Shown here: positions 12,401 through 24,600 of the stretch, one piece after another | How positions within the stretch are numbered: position 1 is the stretch's first letter | How the letters are laid out: every line of letters starts with the position of its first letter | Assembly: GCA_028534125.1 (NCBI GenBank) | Contig: JAPYYK010000117.1 | Location: 558,001-622,000, forward strand | Source of the DNA: Lama glama | Taxonomy: Eukaryota | Direction of reading: 5' to 3' | DNA: 64,000 nt | The notes under the pieces: generated by a model | Database searches by the model: none | The model's input: only the letters and a program-made list of their open reading frames with translations | What the model was told of the DNA's origin: nothing | Position numbers and translations under genes: made by a program

Positions 12401-15400
12401 AGTGCACATTATTCATATAATACTTTCTCAATTTCCTTGAATCAAATCTTTCTCATTCCTATAATCAATCAACTGTAATCATTATGTTTGAAGCTCTGTG
12501 GTTGACATAGATGAGGAAAAGAATTGTTTTATTTCTCTAAATCATTTTTCTTCTGCAAAAGCCTGGTGTATTTGTTTTTATTGCTGTTCTAACAAATTAT
12601 CACAAATTTAGCAACTTAAAATAATCCCCATTTATTAGCTCGCAGTTTTCAGGTCTCCGAAGTATGAGCACAGCATGGATCTCTGCTGAGGGTCTAACAA
12701 GGTTGAAAGCAAGGGATCAACAAGTTTTTTGTTTTTGTTTTTTTCTTCTTGTTTTCCTGGTGCTGAGGGTAAAATCTTTTTCTGGGGTCATTCAAGATAC
12801 TGGCAGGATTCAGCTCCATGTGACTGTTGAGTTCCAGGCCCCGTTTTCTTGCTGGCTTTTGTCGTGAAGTCATGCTGAGTTTCTAGGATCCACCTACATA
12901 ACTGGCTCATTGCTGTTTTCAAAGCCAGAGATGGTGGATCAGGTTCTTCTCACATCTCTCTCTGTCCTCCCCTTCATCCTCATTTCTCAGTCCTCACCTT
13001 CATATTCAGGTACCTCCAATGGATTTTTTTCTGTCGCCTCCTTCTGCTTTTGAGAACAGATATGATGACATTGGCTCCACTGATTATCCAGAATAACTCC
13101 CCTATTTTAAAGTAAGCTGATAAATAATCTTAATTCCATCAGCAAAGTACCTTCAAAGCAGCACCTAGATTCATGTTTGATGGAATAACCAAGAAATGGG
13201 AATCTCGGAGGGACGTATTTAGAATTCTGCACATCATAGCCTGGTAATTGTTTTTGTATTAAGCATTTTTATATTGGACAGCAATATACACACAAAATCA
13301 TGTATTTTAGAGTATAAAAATACCTTCACATTTATTATAATATCGTGTTATTTTCTTATCTGTAAGAGATGGAGATAATCATCCCCATCTCGCAGGTAAG
13401 GAAACAAAAGCCCTGAGCTAGAGAGTTTTGCTCAGATGCAGGAGACCTGTAATTTCAAGTATATTAGAGTTCCTCTCTGTGTAAATAACATTTGCTAGTC
13501 CTTAACTTAATAAAGATAAACAGGCCTTTATTTTATCCCTTCTTCTGTTTTAACTATTCATATCATTGATGTTATTACTTCCTTATTCCTTCCTGATTTG
13601 TGAATCCTCCCAAATTAGAAACCAGTTTCAGGATAGCGGAGGATATTGTTAAGGAGAGTGAAATCCCCTGGATAAAATGTCTGGCTCTTTATTAGAATAA
13701 TACATGTATTTCCAAGCTTTGTTTATTGGGAGTCTGAGGGTACTTAGAAACATTAACAGTCCAGTAGCAGTGAGCACACCTAGAGCCTGTGTCTTGGTAT
13801 TTAAATACCATTGTTTAATGATATTTAATACCACTGTCTAAGGGCTCCTTGCAGAAGTGGCTTATTCCAAGGCTGGGGCAGAGAAAGTGCAAGATGAGCT
13901 TGGAGCATCTTTGGTGCTACAAGTAAGGGAGCGCTCAAAAGAGATGGGGTTATGTCAAAGGACACAGGTGTCAACATGAAAGGGCTCCCAATGACTAAAG
14001 CTAGAAAATTAGAGCACCCCAATAAATAACTATAAAACTGAGTTTTAACCAACCCATAGGATAAAATAAATAATTATGAGCCCATACTGAGATAGATAGA
14101 TTAGGTAGATAGATTGATGGCAGAGAAGACACAGCTCATCTTTATGCAAGCGTTCCAGTCAGTAAATATGCAAGGAATAAGGAAGATGGAAAATTGTAGA
14201 AAACCACGGGGTAATTGTTGCAGGCAAGAAGCACTGATGGATGCTAAAACTAGAAAATGAAAGTTTGAGGCAAAACAAGCTTTTCTTACTCAAGAACATC
14301 TCCCCATAAGTTATTATTAATTAAAGAGGGGAACATTGTGACTTTACAGTGGCAGTACCTGGCAGACACTGCCTTAACCACTTGTTCATGATTAAGAACC
14401 ACGATCATGATTGACATCGGTAATGAGACACATGGTTTATATGGACCTCTGGCATGATCCACTTAGAAGGGTCCACTCATTACTTCTGTTTTGTTCTTGA
14501 GAAAAATACACAACCATCATGTTATCACGAGGAAAGACCAGACAAACCCAAACGGAGGGACACTCTACAAAATTGTTTATGAATATTCTACATTATATCA
14601 TATTATAGAAAAATAAAAAGACATTAGTGAAAACACTGGTACTATCTGTATTGTTTCTTGTTTCGATCATGGGGCTGTGGTTATGTGGATTAACATTGAA
14701 GCAGATGGATGAAGATTATATGGCAATTCTCTGTACCAGTTTGCCCATTTTTTTAAGTCTAAAATAGTTTTTTTAAGTCTGATTCTCCCCTGTACTATTT
14801 GTAGATTTGTAATAGTGGATTAATTCTTGTAACCTCATTGAGCTTCATTTTACTTATATGGAAAATAGGTCTAACAAGTCAGGTTGTAACAAACAAAGCG
14901 TTTGAAATGTAATTTAGACAACATGATAATTAAAAGCAGTGGCTTTTAAGTTATGCCAATGTGGTATCAGTCCATCAGTCCTGATTCTGGTGAGACCATG
15001 CAAAAATACATGAGTTCATTAGGCTTCAGTTTCCCTGTTGTTAGTATTCATAGGCTTATTGGGGGTTTTAAATATGATACAATATGTAAGCACTTATCAG
15101 AGCCTTTGACATAGTACATACTCAAAAACTTGCTATTATTACTACATATTTATGTTTAAAATTGAATTAGATAGGTTTTGCTTATTATGTGTTGACATCA
15201 ATGAAACTTTTAAAAATGTATTAAAATACATATAACATAAAATCTGCCATGTTAACCACTTTTCGTGTGCAGTTCAGTAGCATCAGTTATGTTGCTAGTG
15301 TTGTACAGCCATCACTGGGATCTATTTTCACACTTTTTCCTCATCTCCTGGGGGAACCTCTGTAACCACTGAGCAACCACTTTCCATTCCTTCTGATATC

Positions 15401-18133
15401 CCAGCTCCTGGTAACCTCTGATCTGTTTGGTTTTGTTTTTGTTTTTGGTGTCTCAATGAATTAGCCTATTCTATATATTTTATAAGTGGAATCATATACT
15501 ATTTGTTCTTTTGCCTTTTGTTTCTGTTCAGTGCAGCTTTTTACTTGAACCTCAGCTCAAATTCTGTTGCTTTAAACAATATTTTGTATCCTTGCATGAG
15601 TTGGTCAGGTAAATATTTTGTTTATGGTGTTAAAAAAAAGCAAATGAATAGAAATCTGTCAATCTTATTTAATAACTTTAATAACCAAAGATTCTGCCAA
15701 GAAATCATGTGTGAAAATGTTCACCACAATGTTATTAATTATATTGGAATGACTACCTGAATGTCCAATAGCAGGAGGATGATTAAATTAAACTTCATAG
15801 GAATTGTAAGAAAATGCTGCCTGATGATTTCTGGGTAGAATAACTGGTAAATTTTATTTTCTGTATCTTACATATATTTTATTTTAAAAATGTACTATTT
15901 TTCTGACAGAAATTTATAAATGTAAGAATAAGTTTACATTTAGTCAACTGATCAGTAAATTTATATGTGTTATTTATACAGCCAATACCTGAGATCAAAT
16001 GTTCAAACTACTACCCAGATTATTATTAGTCCGTAAGTTACTTGTGAATGGACAAATATATCTGTACATGATTATGCCAGGAGGTGGACCAAGAATGAGA
16101 AAAAAAATTGAATCCAATGCTCTGGATTCCAACATCTAACATTAGATTTTTTTTTTCTGCATAAAACAGATACAAACATTAAGCATCTAAAATACTTAGT
16201 TAATTTATTTAGTTTATGTTTTTTATTTGATGCTGGCAGTAATAAATAGCTTTGACTTATAACATAACAGATAGGTTTGTATCTGGAGAGAGGGTCCATA
16301 ATAAAAAGAAGTTATTTTTACTTGTCACTTTTAGCTCAAAACAAAGATGAAAAAAACATTGAGATGAATCCGTTGTTGAGTAACTTACGAGAAACCCAGA
16401 TATATCTAAAGAATCATGCTGAGATTTGACATACTTTTAGGGTTTTCTTTATTTTTTCTTTGCAAATTCATTTTATACACCACTTGATCTACGGATCAAC
16501 CAAGACCTGATAACTTCCGTAACATAATTGCCATCAATTTATCTCACCATGTGGAAGAATGCCTTAAAATATAGAGAAGTCATAACATAGAACAAAAATA
16601 AAGAACACTGGAGTGAAGTTTGGGTGGTATGTCTGTGGTTTGGTAATCTTAACTTCATGTGTTGCTTGACTCACTTCTTCACTTATCGCACGGGAATGAT
16701 AACCCTCCTTTGGGTCATGAAAAGGTGAAAATAGTGCAATATGTGGAAATTGATCATCAAAATGAGTCAAAATGTCAAGTTTGAGGTCTGATGGATAACA
16801 AATGCTGAAAAGTTGTCCCACTCCTTACAAGGGGATGTCTTGCTTTAAGAAAAGCCAGTATTTTAAAAAGTGGTAAATAAAAGGATTAATAAATCTCCAC
16901 AAAATAATCCATTTGCGATATGTCTGAATTGTTAACTGAAACAGTGACCATGCCACTTTAGTACGTGTGTATATTATGTACATGATATATGAACATATCC
17001 ATGTACTTCTACATACATGATGAACAGTTGTGACGTATTTGTTTAAAATTACTTCATTTCTGAGCAGCATGGTAGTTCAAGAGGATTAGACTGGTTATTC
17101 TATTAAAATACTGCTTTAGGGAGAAAATATCTGAAATTAAGGAGCAGTTATTTTTGCTTGGCTTTCATTCTGACCATAAGCTACTGTCTCATACAAACTT
17201 TCTATCAGCAAATAAGCATTTTTTTGTACAACCTAAGAGGGATGTGGTACTGGGGCATTCCTGTATTGATATCCTCGGAATTACATATCCCTTGAGACCA
17301 ATTACCAGGGTTCACAAGGTTGTTTTTATTTTGCTTTCTCTTGATGCCTTTTTAATGAGGCCTCCCAGTAAACAGCAAGCATGATGCTCTTGTTGGGAAC
17401 CTGTCTGCCGCCTGCAACCATTTATTACTAATACATCTGGGAAATGATTTATAAATTAAATATTAGGAAAATGTACTTTAGGAAAAATAGTAGTAAGAGT
17501 TATAATTTATAGTTCTCATTTAGGGAGTCAGGCCAGCAATTTGCTAATGGAATGACGCCGAGAGCCACTCTCAGAAACTTAGTCGTGGTTTATGTAATAA
17601 ATAGAGTGGAAGAAGGGCGCCTTCAGTGTGTTTATTTGGGCAAGTGGTTCATTTTAATAAATTGATAAGGCAGAAGATCCCAAGTCTTCCTTCAGAAAGA
17701 CCCTGTGGAAAAGTGAGAGATAATAACAATACTGATGTATCCATATGTGTTGTAAGTACTCTTTTGTAGGACAAATGTGTTCATTATTAGGAAGTGAATA
17801 CAGCTTCATCACAGAATAGAATGTGATAATAGTAAATGTCATGGTTTGACATAGAAAGTATATTAGACTCCATTATAGAACCGTTTTCTCATTGTACAGA
17901 TGAGGAAACTGAGGACATGCCTGTTGATAACTTACCCAAGTTCTCATAACTTTCAAAATATTAAGTTTGGAGTTTATTTGCAAGGCTTACTTTGTGTTTT
18001 GTCTTTGGACACATTTGGTAGATTTTGTATGATAGTATCTCCTTTTCAGCTAATGAGTCAGATGAGGTCTGCATGTTACGAGAGTATCTTTCACATCTGT
18101 ATCATTTAAGGAGGATGAACCATAGTTGTGTTT
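9217..18133. repeat. Right arm of the inverted duplication, continuous with the unique sequence after 18133
   Basis: Mirror of 1-8917. No junction is visible at 18133, so the symmetry ends only because the window begins at 1. Confidence 0.98.
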
Positions 18134-18536
18134 ACACACCCAGCATTTAAGGGTAACAAAATTAGAGCGTTAGGATCATCTTGTAAAATGTTACGAATTC
18201 CAGAGAATTAAAGGATACTCATCTTGTAGGTTTTTTTAATAAAACATGTGTACCTTTTAAAAAAGTTCTGAAAATTTCCAGGTATCTTTTTAATATTATT
18301 ATAAAATAGGTGCATGGGATAGTTTCAGATATATAGGAAATCAGCTCATAACTACAGAATCCATAACTTTGTAGTCAACATTTATTTTCAGATCCCATTG
18401 CAGTTTCTTTCATTTCTCTAAGAATGGTTAGGCTGTATTTCAATATGAATTTCAAAGATATAATCAAGCATTTAGAATGATACGTAGTCTCTGTTTCAAA
18501 GAAACATGCGCTTATATTATCTGTATGTATGATACA

Positions 18537-18918
18537 CAGTTGACCTTCTAACAGTGTGGAGTTTGGGGGCACCAACACCCACCCAGCTGCAGTTGAAAAT
18601 CTGCTTATAACTTTTGACTCCCCCAAAACTTAACTGCTGATAGCCTGCTGTTGACTGGAAGCCTTATTAATAACATAAACACTTGATTTTTAATGCATAT
18701 TTTGTATGTTATATGTAGATCTACACCTAGTTTATGCATTTATGACATGCCTAACTTTTTCTTAATCTTTTCAGTATTTCTGGGCTTCACGGTTTGTCTG
18801 CAACTTTTTTCTGAATGTTGCAAATCTCCAAAATTTTTTTCAGTGTATTTATTGAAAATAAAATAGGCATGTAACTGGACCCATGCAGTTCAAACTTGTG
18901 TTGTTCAAGGGTCAACTG
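18537..18918. mobile_element. Tigger2-derived non-autonomous DNA transposon (Tigger2a/MER28-like)
   Basis: Terminal inverted repeats CAGTTGACC.. (18537) and ..TTGTTCAAGGGTCAACTG (18918) followed by TA. Internal TATAACTTTTGACTCCCCCAAAACTTAACT..CTGTTGACTGGAAGCCTTA. Confidence 0.9.
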
Positions 18919-19334
18919 TATGTTGGTAAAATTATGTATATATGCTTACAATTTGCACTTTAATATATATTCTATATTTTTTAATATTTACAAAAATATT
19001 TTCATCTTATTTTTAAATGTATATATATGTGCATTTGTATAGAGACATTGTCTTTTTGCTATCTTGACCTCTGAACTTATTGTTTCTGCAGAAAACAATT
19101 CCCTGGTATGATTCGTTGTTATCTAGCTATCACTGCATCATGAAGGGAATCCACTGCATCATTGACACAGATTTCAGTGTTTGGGAAAGTTAGCTATACC
19201 AGAGTTGAGTCATTTTGTACCTGTATTTACAGTCATTAATCTAACTCATGTTGGCTTACAAGGAGAAACTTCAGAAATCAGTGAAGTACATTGAACCATT
19301 CCTCTTTATCTGATTTAAATCAAGTAATTTACCT

Positions 19335-19432
19335 TAAATTGACATATAATTAACATAAAATATTTTATTAGTTTCAGGTGTACAATATAATGATTCGATA
19401 TTTGTATACCTTGAGAAATGATTGCAGTCAAG
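19335..19432 (-). mobile_element. Short L1MA-type 3' terminal fragment
   Basis: AATTGACATATAA..TTAGTTTCAGGTGTACAATATAATGATTCGATATTTGTATAC..GAAATGATT. Confidence 0.7.
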
Positions 19433-20641
19433 TTCTTTTGATAAAGTGGTATCTTGGCAAGTGAAGGCAGACAAAAGACCCTCAAAGGAACTTTGTGGGG
19501 CAGACACTGAAAACGTGTGTTGACAGCAAGTCTCTAATTCATCCTTCTAACAACATTTACAGTTAGAAGAGAACAGAGTATTCTCTCAGAGTCATAGTTT
19601 TTAGATAAAGATTGTTACAGAGGCATAATAATTTCCATCTTCTAACAATCTCTTGAAATTAATGAATAAAGACAATGGCCTTTTATTCATCCAACTTTAC
19701 CACACCAGGCAGTGGAAATAGAAAATGATTTAAAATTAATCCTTTCTTTTGACAGTTGTAAAATGGTAATCTTCCATTTTTATCCTCTCAGAGGATATCT
19801 GAAGATAACTTTTTTATTCTCCTATTTCCATATTCTGTCTCATAACCTCATACATCATGTAGCCAATTTCATTGCTGGTGGCCAAAATAAAACTGCTCTG
19901 GAAAGTCAGGACCCAGTCCCTAGGGTTCTGAAGAATGTATTAACACTGAAAATTGATTCCAGGTATATATTCAATGTTATTGCTTTAGAATACATGTCCT
20001 TTAGTGACATACCAAAAATGAGAGACTACAGGAGCTTACTTATGTGAATAAGCTTAGGGGTGAATTAGCTCCCTCTGCTTTAAAAGCTAGTAGTACGTCA
20101 GCTTGACTGGTATCTTGGACAAGCAAAACTAAGTTATTTTTTCTAATATGTGGTATTATTAAAGTGCCAGAACTATTCCTCAAGACTGTAAAGTTTTGCT
20201 TTGCTTTTGTAATCTTGTTTGTTCAGAGTAAGCACCAGCCCACCAAATACAATGTCTGTATTTCAACTGGACTTTACATTTAAAATGATGGCATTAATAT
20301 AGTCAGTCTCTTCCCTTTCATTGGTTATTCAGTCAACTTGAAAACTGGCAAAAAATGTTTATATATATAGATATATAAAGAAAACTGGCGTGCATGACAC
20401 ATACTTGCTACTTCAGGACTGAGCTGCTTATTTAATACAACCCATAGAAGTGTCTGAAAACTAATTAATAAAATTCTAATGAAATGCATTTATTGAGGAG
20501 AAGGTAAACTGTTGATACAAAGATTTAGAAGCTGCAGCCTTCAGTGATTGCCTGATTTAGTATATGGAATAGCTGTTCAAAAGGAAAGTTTATTTTTCAT
20601 ACTGGAAATTTTGCAGGGTTCTGTTCTGTCATTCACTGGAC

Positions 20642-20709
20642 TAATTCTTTTCTTTCTCCTTTTTTTCTTTCTTCTCCTTCCCTGTCTCCATCTTCCCCCT
20701 CTTTCCTCT
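20642..20709 (+). other. Long polypyrimidine tract ending in a candidate 3' splice acceptor (AG at 20710-20711)
   Basis: Branchpoint-like GACTAAT (20639-20645) is followed by about 65 nt of almost pure C/T with no AG, then CTAG/G. Confidence 0.4.
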
Positions 20710-20844
20710 AGGATAGAGAAATAAGTCACTGGAAAAAGATTCTGAATTCCTTTACCCTGTGTACGTCATGTAAATTTCATTGTTTTGTGCCTCTTTTCCT
20801 TTGATTCTGTGGTGGCTGCGTCTTGAAGCATATTCTCTCCTTTT

Positions 20845-21245
20845 CAGTTTATATAATTTACACGCTGTAAAAAACTTCGGTCTTCAGTATGTAGCTCAGT
20901 GTACGTGCTCATGTAACCATCACCCAGATGAAGATAGAGACTATTTTCATTAACTGGGAAAAGTTTTCTTTCACCTCTTCCCAGTCAATACCTCTCTACC
21001 CTCAGGCAATTGGTCTTCTGATTCTGTCACTGTAGACTAGTTTTTCCTGTTCTTAAGTTTCATATACATGGAATCAGAAAAGGATGCCCTTTTCTGTATC
21101 CGGCTTGTTTAGCTCCATGTAATATCTTTGAGACTCATACGTGTTGTTTCATGTACTACATGTGCCCTCCTTTCATTGCTGTCTGTTATCCCCTTGTATG
21201 AAAGTATCCCAGCTCTTGATCCACTCTCCTGGTGACGGACACATC
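20845..21245 (-). mobile_element. Old L1M (L1MB/ME-like) 3' end
   Basis: CATGTAACCATCACCCAGATGAAGATAGAG..TTTTCCTGTTCTT..CATATACATGGAATCA..TTTGAGACTCATACGTGTTGTT..GGTGACGGACA. Confidence 0.78.
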
Positions 21246-21782
21246 TGATGCACATTTACATGTATATTTGTCCTCAATTCTCTCGTTAGTTGGATACACC
21301 CATATCGGATAGTGATTTACTCTTCTAATCCTCCTGCTATGAAAGTTATTCTTAGAAAATTACTGTTTGTATGTTCTTGAAATCTCAGACATTATCTAGC
21401 AAGCACAGGCTTTAAGGCAAATGATTCAGTTATCCTATTTATAGCTTCATGACATAGTTGTATCACCAGCCAGAATTTCCTCTTCTCGGGACCATCCATC
21501 TTTCTTTCTTATATTTCTTTTTATATTCGACCCTGCCTGCTTCTCCAGTGGGAACCGCTTGATCGAATTTTGCCTGGTTTCTGAGAATCTTGCATATTTT
21601 GGCATCTACTGGGTACTCAGCAATGTTTGATGAATTAATATTTGTACTTCAAGTTTTTGGGTTCTTCTTAGAGATATGTTTTTATTAACTGTTTAGGAAA
21701 TCTCAAGTTGTAGTTTTAGCGTTATAATGAAAATGCAAATGTAATCATACCTTTTTAACAAAGCATCAAGGGGAAGGGGCTA

Positions 21783-22270
21783 GGATACTACTCAGCCATA
21801 AAAAAATAAAATAAAATAATGCCATTTGGAGCAACATCGATGGACCTGGAGGTTGTCATTCTAAGTAAGCCAGAAAGAGAAAGAAAAATGCCATATAATA
21901 TCACTTATATGTGGAATCTAAAAAAAAAGCAGACAAACAAACTTGTTTATAAAACCGAAAGAGACTCACAGACATAGAAAACAAACTTATGGTTTACCAG
22001 GGGGCAAAGCGGGTAGGAAGGGATAAATTGGGAGTTTGAGATTTGCAGATACTGACTAATATATATATAAAATAAATGAACAACAAGTTTGTACTGTATA
22101 GCACAGGGAACTATATTCAATAGCTTGTACATATTGAACTGTATTCAATAATGAAAAAGAATACATGTATGTTCATGTATGACTGAAGCATTGTTCTGTA
22201 CACTAGAAATTGACACAGCATTGTAAACTGACTATACTTCAATAAATCCATACATACAGATTAAAAAAAG
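21783..22270 (+). mobile_element. Lineage-specific L1 3' end (ORF2 tail, 3' UTR, A-tail), 5'-truncated
   Basis: TACTACTCAGCCATAAAAA..ATGCCATTTGGAGCAACATCGATGGACCTGGAG..ATCACTTATATGTGGAATCT..GACTCACAGACATAGAAAACAAACTTATGG..GTATAGCACAGGGAACTATATTCAA..CTTCAATAAA. Confidence 0.9.
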
Positions 22271-23324
22271 AATCCCCTTTTCAAGTATCAGAACTGTTTA
22301 AAATTATTTTATATCAGAAAAAAATCTCTAAAGTATACTACACGCTTTTATATCTTCCCAGCTGAGTATATGATCATCTTTATGAATCAGTTGCAAACTG
22401 ATTATTGCATGGTGCCATCTTAACTTTAATACTTACTCCGCTGCTTTCTGCTCAGGCTTCTTACCATATATCCTTATCTTAACTCAGCTCTCTGCTCCAT
22501 ACTGTCCCTCCATACTACTCCTGATTTTCTGCTTCTAATCTTCTTTGCAGCATGAAGCAAGTAACCATTTTTGAATCAGCATAAAAATGTAAGTCTCTAA
22601 GCTATGAAAGAATCAAGTCCGTGGGCTTTTCTGAGACTCTGCAAGATTTAAGAGACCATCCTTAGTGAACCGAGGTGGGAGGATAGTGTTTTCTCTGGCA
22701 TTCAAAGAACTTTGACTTCAGAGTAATTGACCTGTTCAAGTATGGAGGACATCTTGCATTTTTTCATGTATTCAAGTTTAGAGAGAGCATCAGCGTTTAG
22801 TAAATACTCACTCAGTGCAGTTCATCCGAGACCCTCCACAGACAGTGCTTTCCCGACATCTGTGTTCTTCCTCCATAGACCTCTCCTCATCTCCACACCC
22901 TGATGTTTTCATTACATGCGCTAGATCATTCCATTCTTGGTCTTCTCTTTCCATATTAATTTATGCATTTACCCTTATTTTGAATTTTCATATTATTATT
23001 CGTGTATTACATTTTTAATATTATACATTTTATTCATTTTTACTCTAGATTGGCATAATACTCATTTCTCTCTTTATGTATATAAATTTAGATGTAAAAT
23101 ATATCTATAATTATATATTTGTTTTTAGTGTCTAGAAATGGCACTCCATTGCTGTAACGCCTGAGCCATAGGCCTTTTGTGTTATAATGAGAACATTGAA
23201 CTATCTCATCACTATAAAGCAATATTTGACTCTGTTTAACTGAATTATTAAAGAATTATGATACCTTGGTAATAGATTTTTTTCACTGCATTTATGCATC
23301 ATAAGTATACACTTGTAATTTAAG

Positions 23325-23556
23325 ACAAGGCAGAATTGCTTAGTAGTTAAGATAGAAAATTTTAGAATTAAGGTGAGTTTGAAGCCTAGATATCCTGCTT
23401 GCTATTGTATGACTTGAAGCAATTTACTAAAATTCACTGGGTCTTACTTTATTCATTTGTAATAACAATGATATTGGAACCTACATCATAAAGTTATGAT
23501 GATTAAGTTAGACTATACCTTCAGAGTAGATAAGAAACAATAAATGTTAGCTCTTA
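23325..23556 (+). mobile_element. MIR, near full length
   Basis: TAGTAGTTAAG..TATGACTTGAAGCAATTTACT..CATTTGTAA..ACCTACATCATAAAGTT..CAATAAATGTTAGCT. Confidence 0.75.
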
Positions 23557-24469
23557 CTTCATTTGTTCCACATAGGCAAGTCATTTTATTCAAAATATGT
23601 ACAAGATTCCATATGATCCTATATACATTCACATAGTAAAAATGTAGTATGTGAATTAACCGATTGGCTATTTTCTGTAACTGAAGTTGCCAAAAGGCTA
23701 AGTATTTTCCTTCACTCTGGCTCTTGTATCTCTACTTTAGCTGAGCCAAAGTGAATGATAACAACTGTAGAGAAATTGCTTCTTGACTACAAATAATGAG
23801 CCACTCCAGTTTAAATTACTTCAACAATGGTCTTGATTGAATCATTTCAACTGCTTCCTTTCAGAATCCAGAACATTACTTCTAAGAATAACCAAAGAAA
23901 ACTCACATTTCACCCTTTGAAACACCAAGCCTTCTTATATTAGGAGAATGCTTTAGGCGTGAAAAAACAAGGTAAACATCAAACTTGTTGAACATACAGG
24001 TGTGTCATCTTAAGTCTTTATCTTTTAAAAATAAAATTTTAAATATGTTTCTATGAAGATTTATGTATAAAGCCCTGAATCTATAAATATTAAATTAAAT
24101 TTCTGTTTCTAAGTACCTACTATTGGCAGCCACAGTTGTGGATTTTTTTTTTAGTCAAAGATTTCACATTTTTAGTGCTGACAGCTCAGTGTTCTGCCTA
24201 ATCCCTACGTTGGCATCCAGGATCTGTATTGGTGCTGCTAATTGGGTGGAAAGGATGACAGAGACCTCAGTCTCCCTCTCACTGTGAACGCTAGGGACAG
24301 TACCTCCAGCATATGAAGGGTGGATGGCATGGAGATATGGCTGGAAGATGGTAAGACCTTCCTGATTGTGGGATTTCAGATTTTTCTACCAAAGTAAGAT
24401 GGTTGATGGGTGCCAAAGTTCCATGCCTTTCAGTTACCAGAGATGGTTACTTACATTATTTACATAGAC

Positions 24470-24600
24470 ATTTCATCCCAACCATGAGAATGTAACTTCT
24501 TTGGGGAGCACATTTTAGGTGTTAATTTGTTTCTCCTTTATCAGTTAGCATAGGACCTTGCACTTATGTCTCACATAAATATTTCTCAGTGAATGAAACA
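24470..24600 (+). mobile_element. L2 3' end fragment
   Basis: TTAGCATAGGACCTTGCAC..ATAAATATTTCTCAGTGAATGAA tail. Confidence 0.55.

Noticed and set aside
1-18133. The palindrome as TIRs of a giant transposon, a viral or hairpin-telomere end, or a dsRNA-producing locus
   Set aside because: The arms consist of ordinary ancient genomic repeats and the spacer has no coding capacity. Identity plus a central N gap favours an assembly artifact until reads show otherwise.
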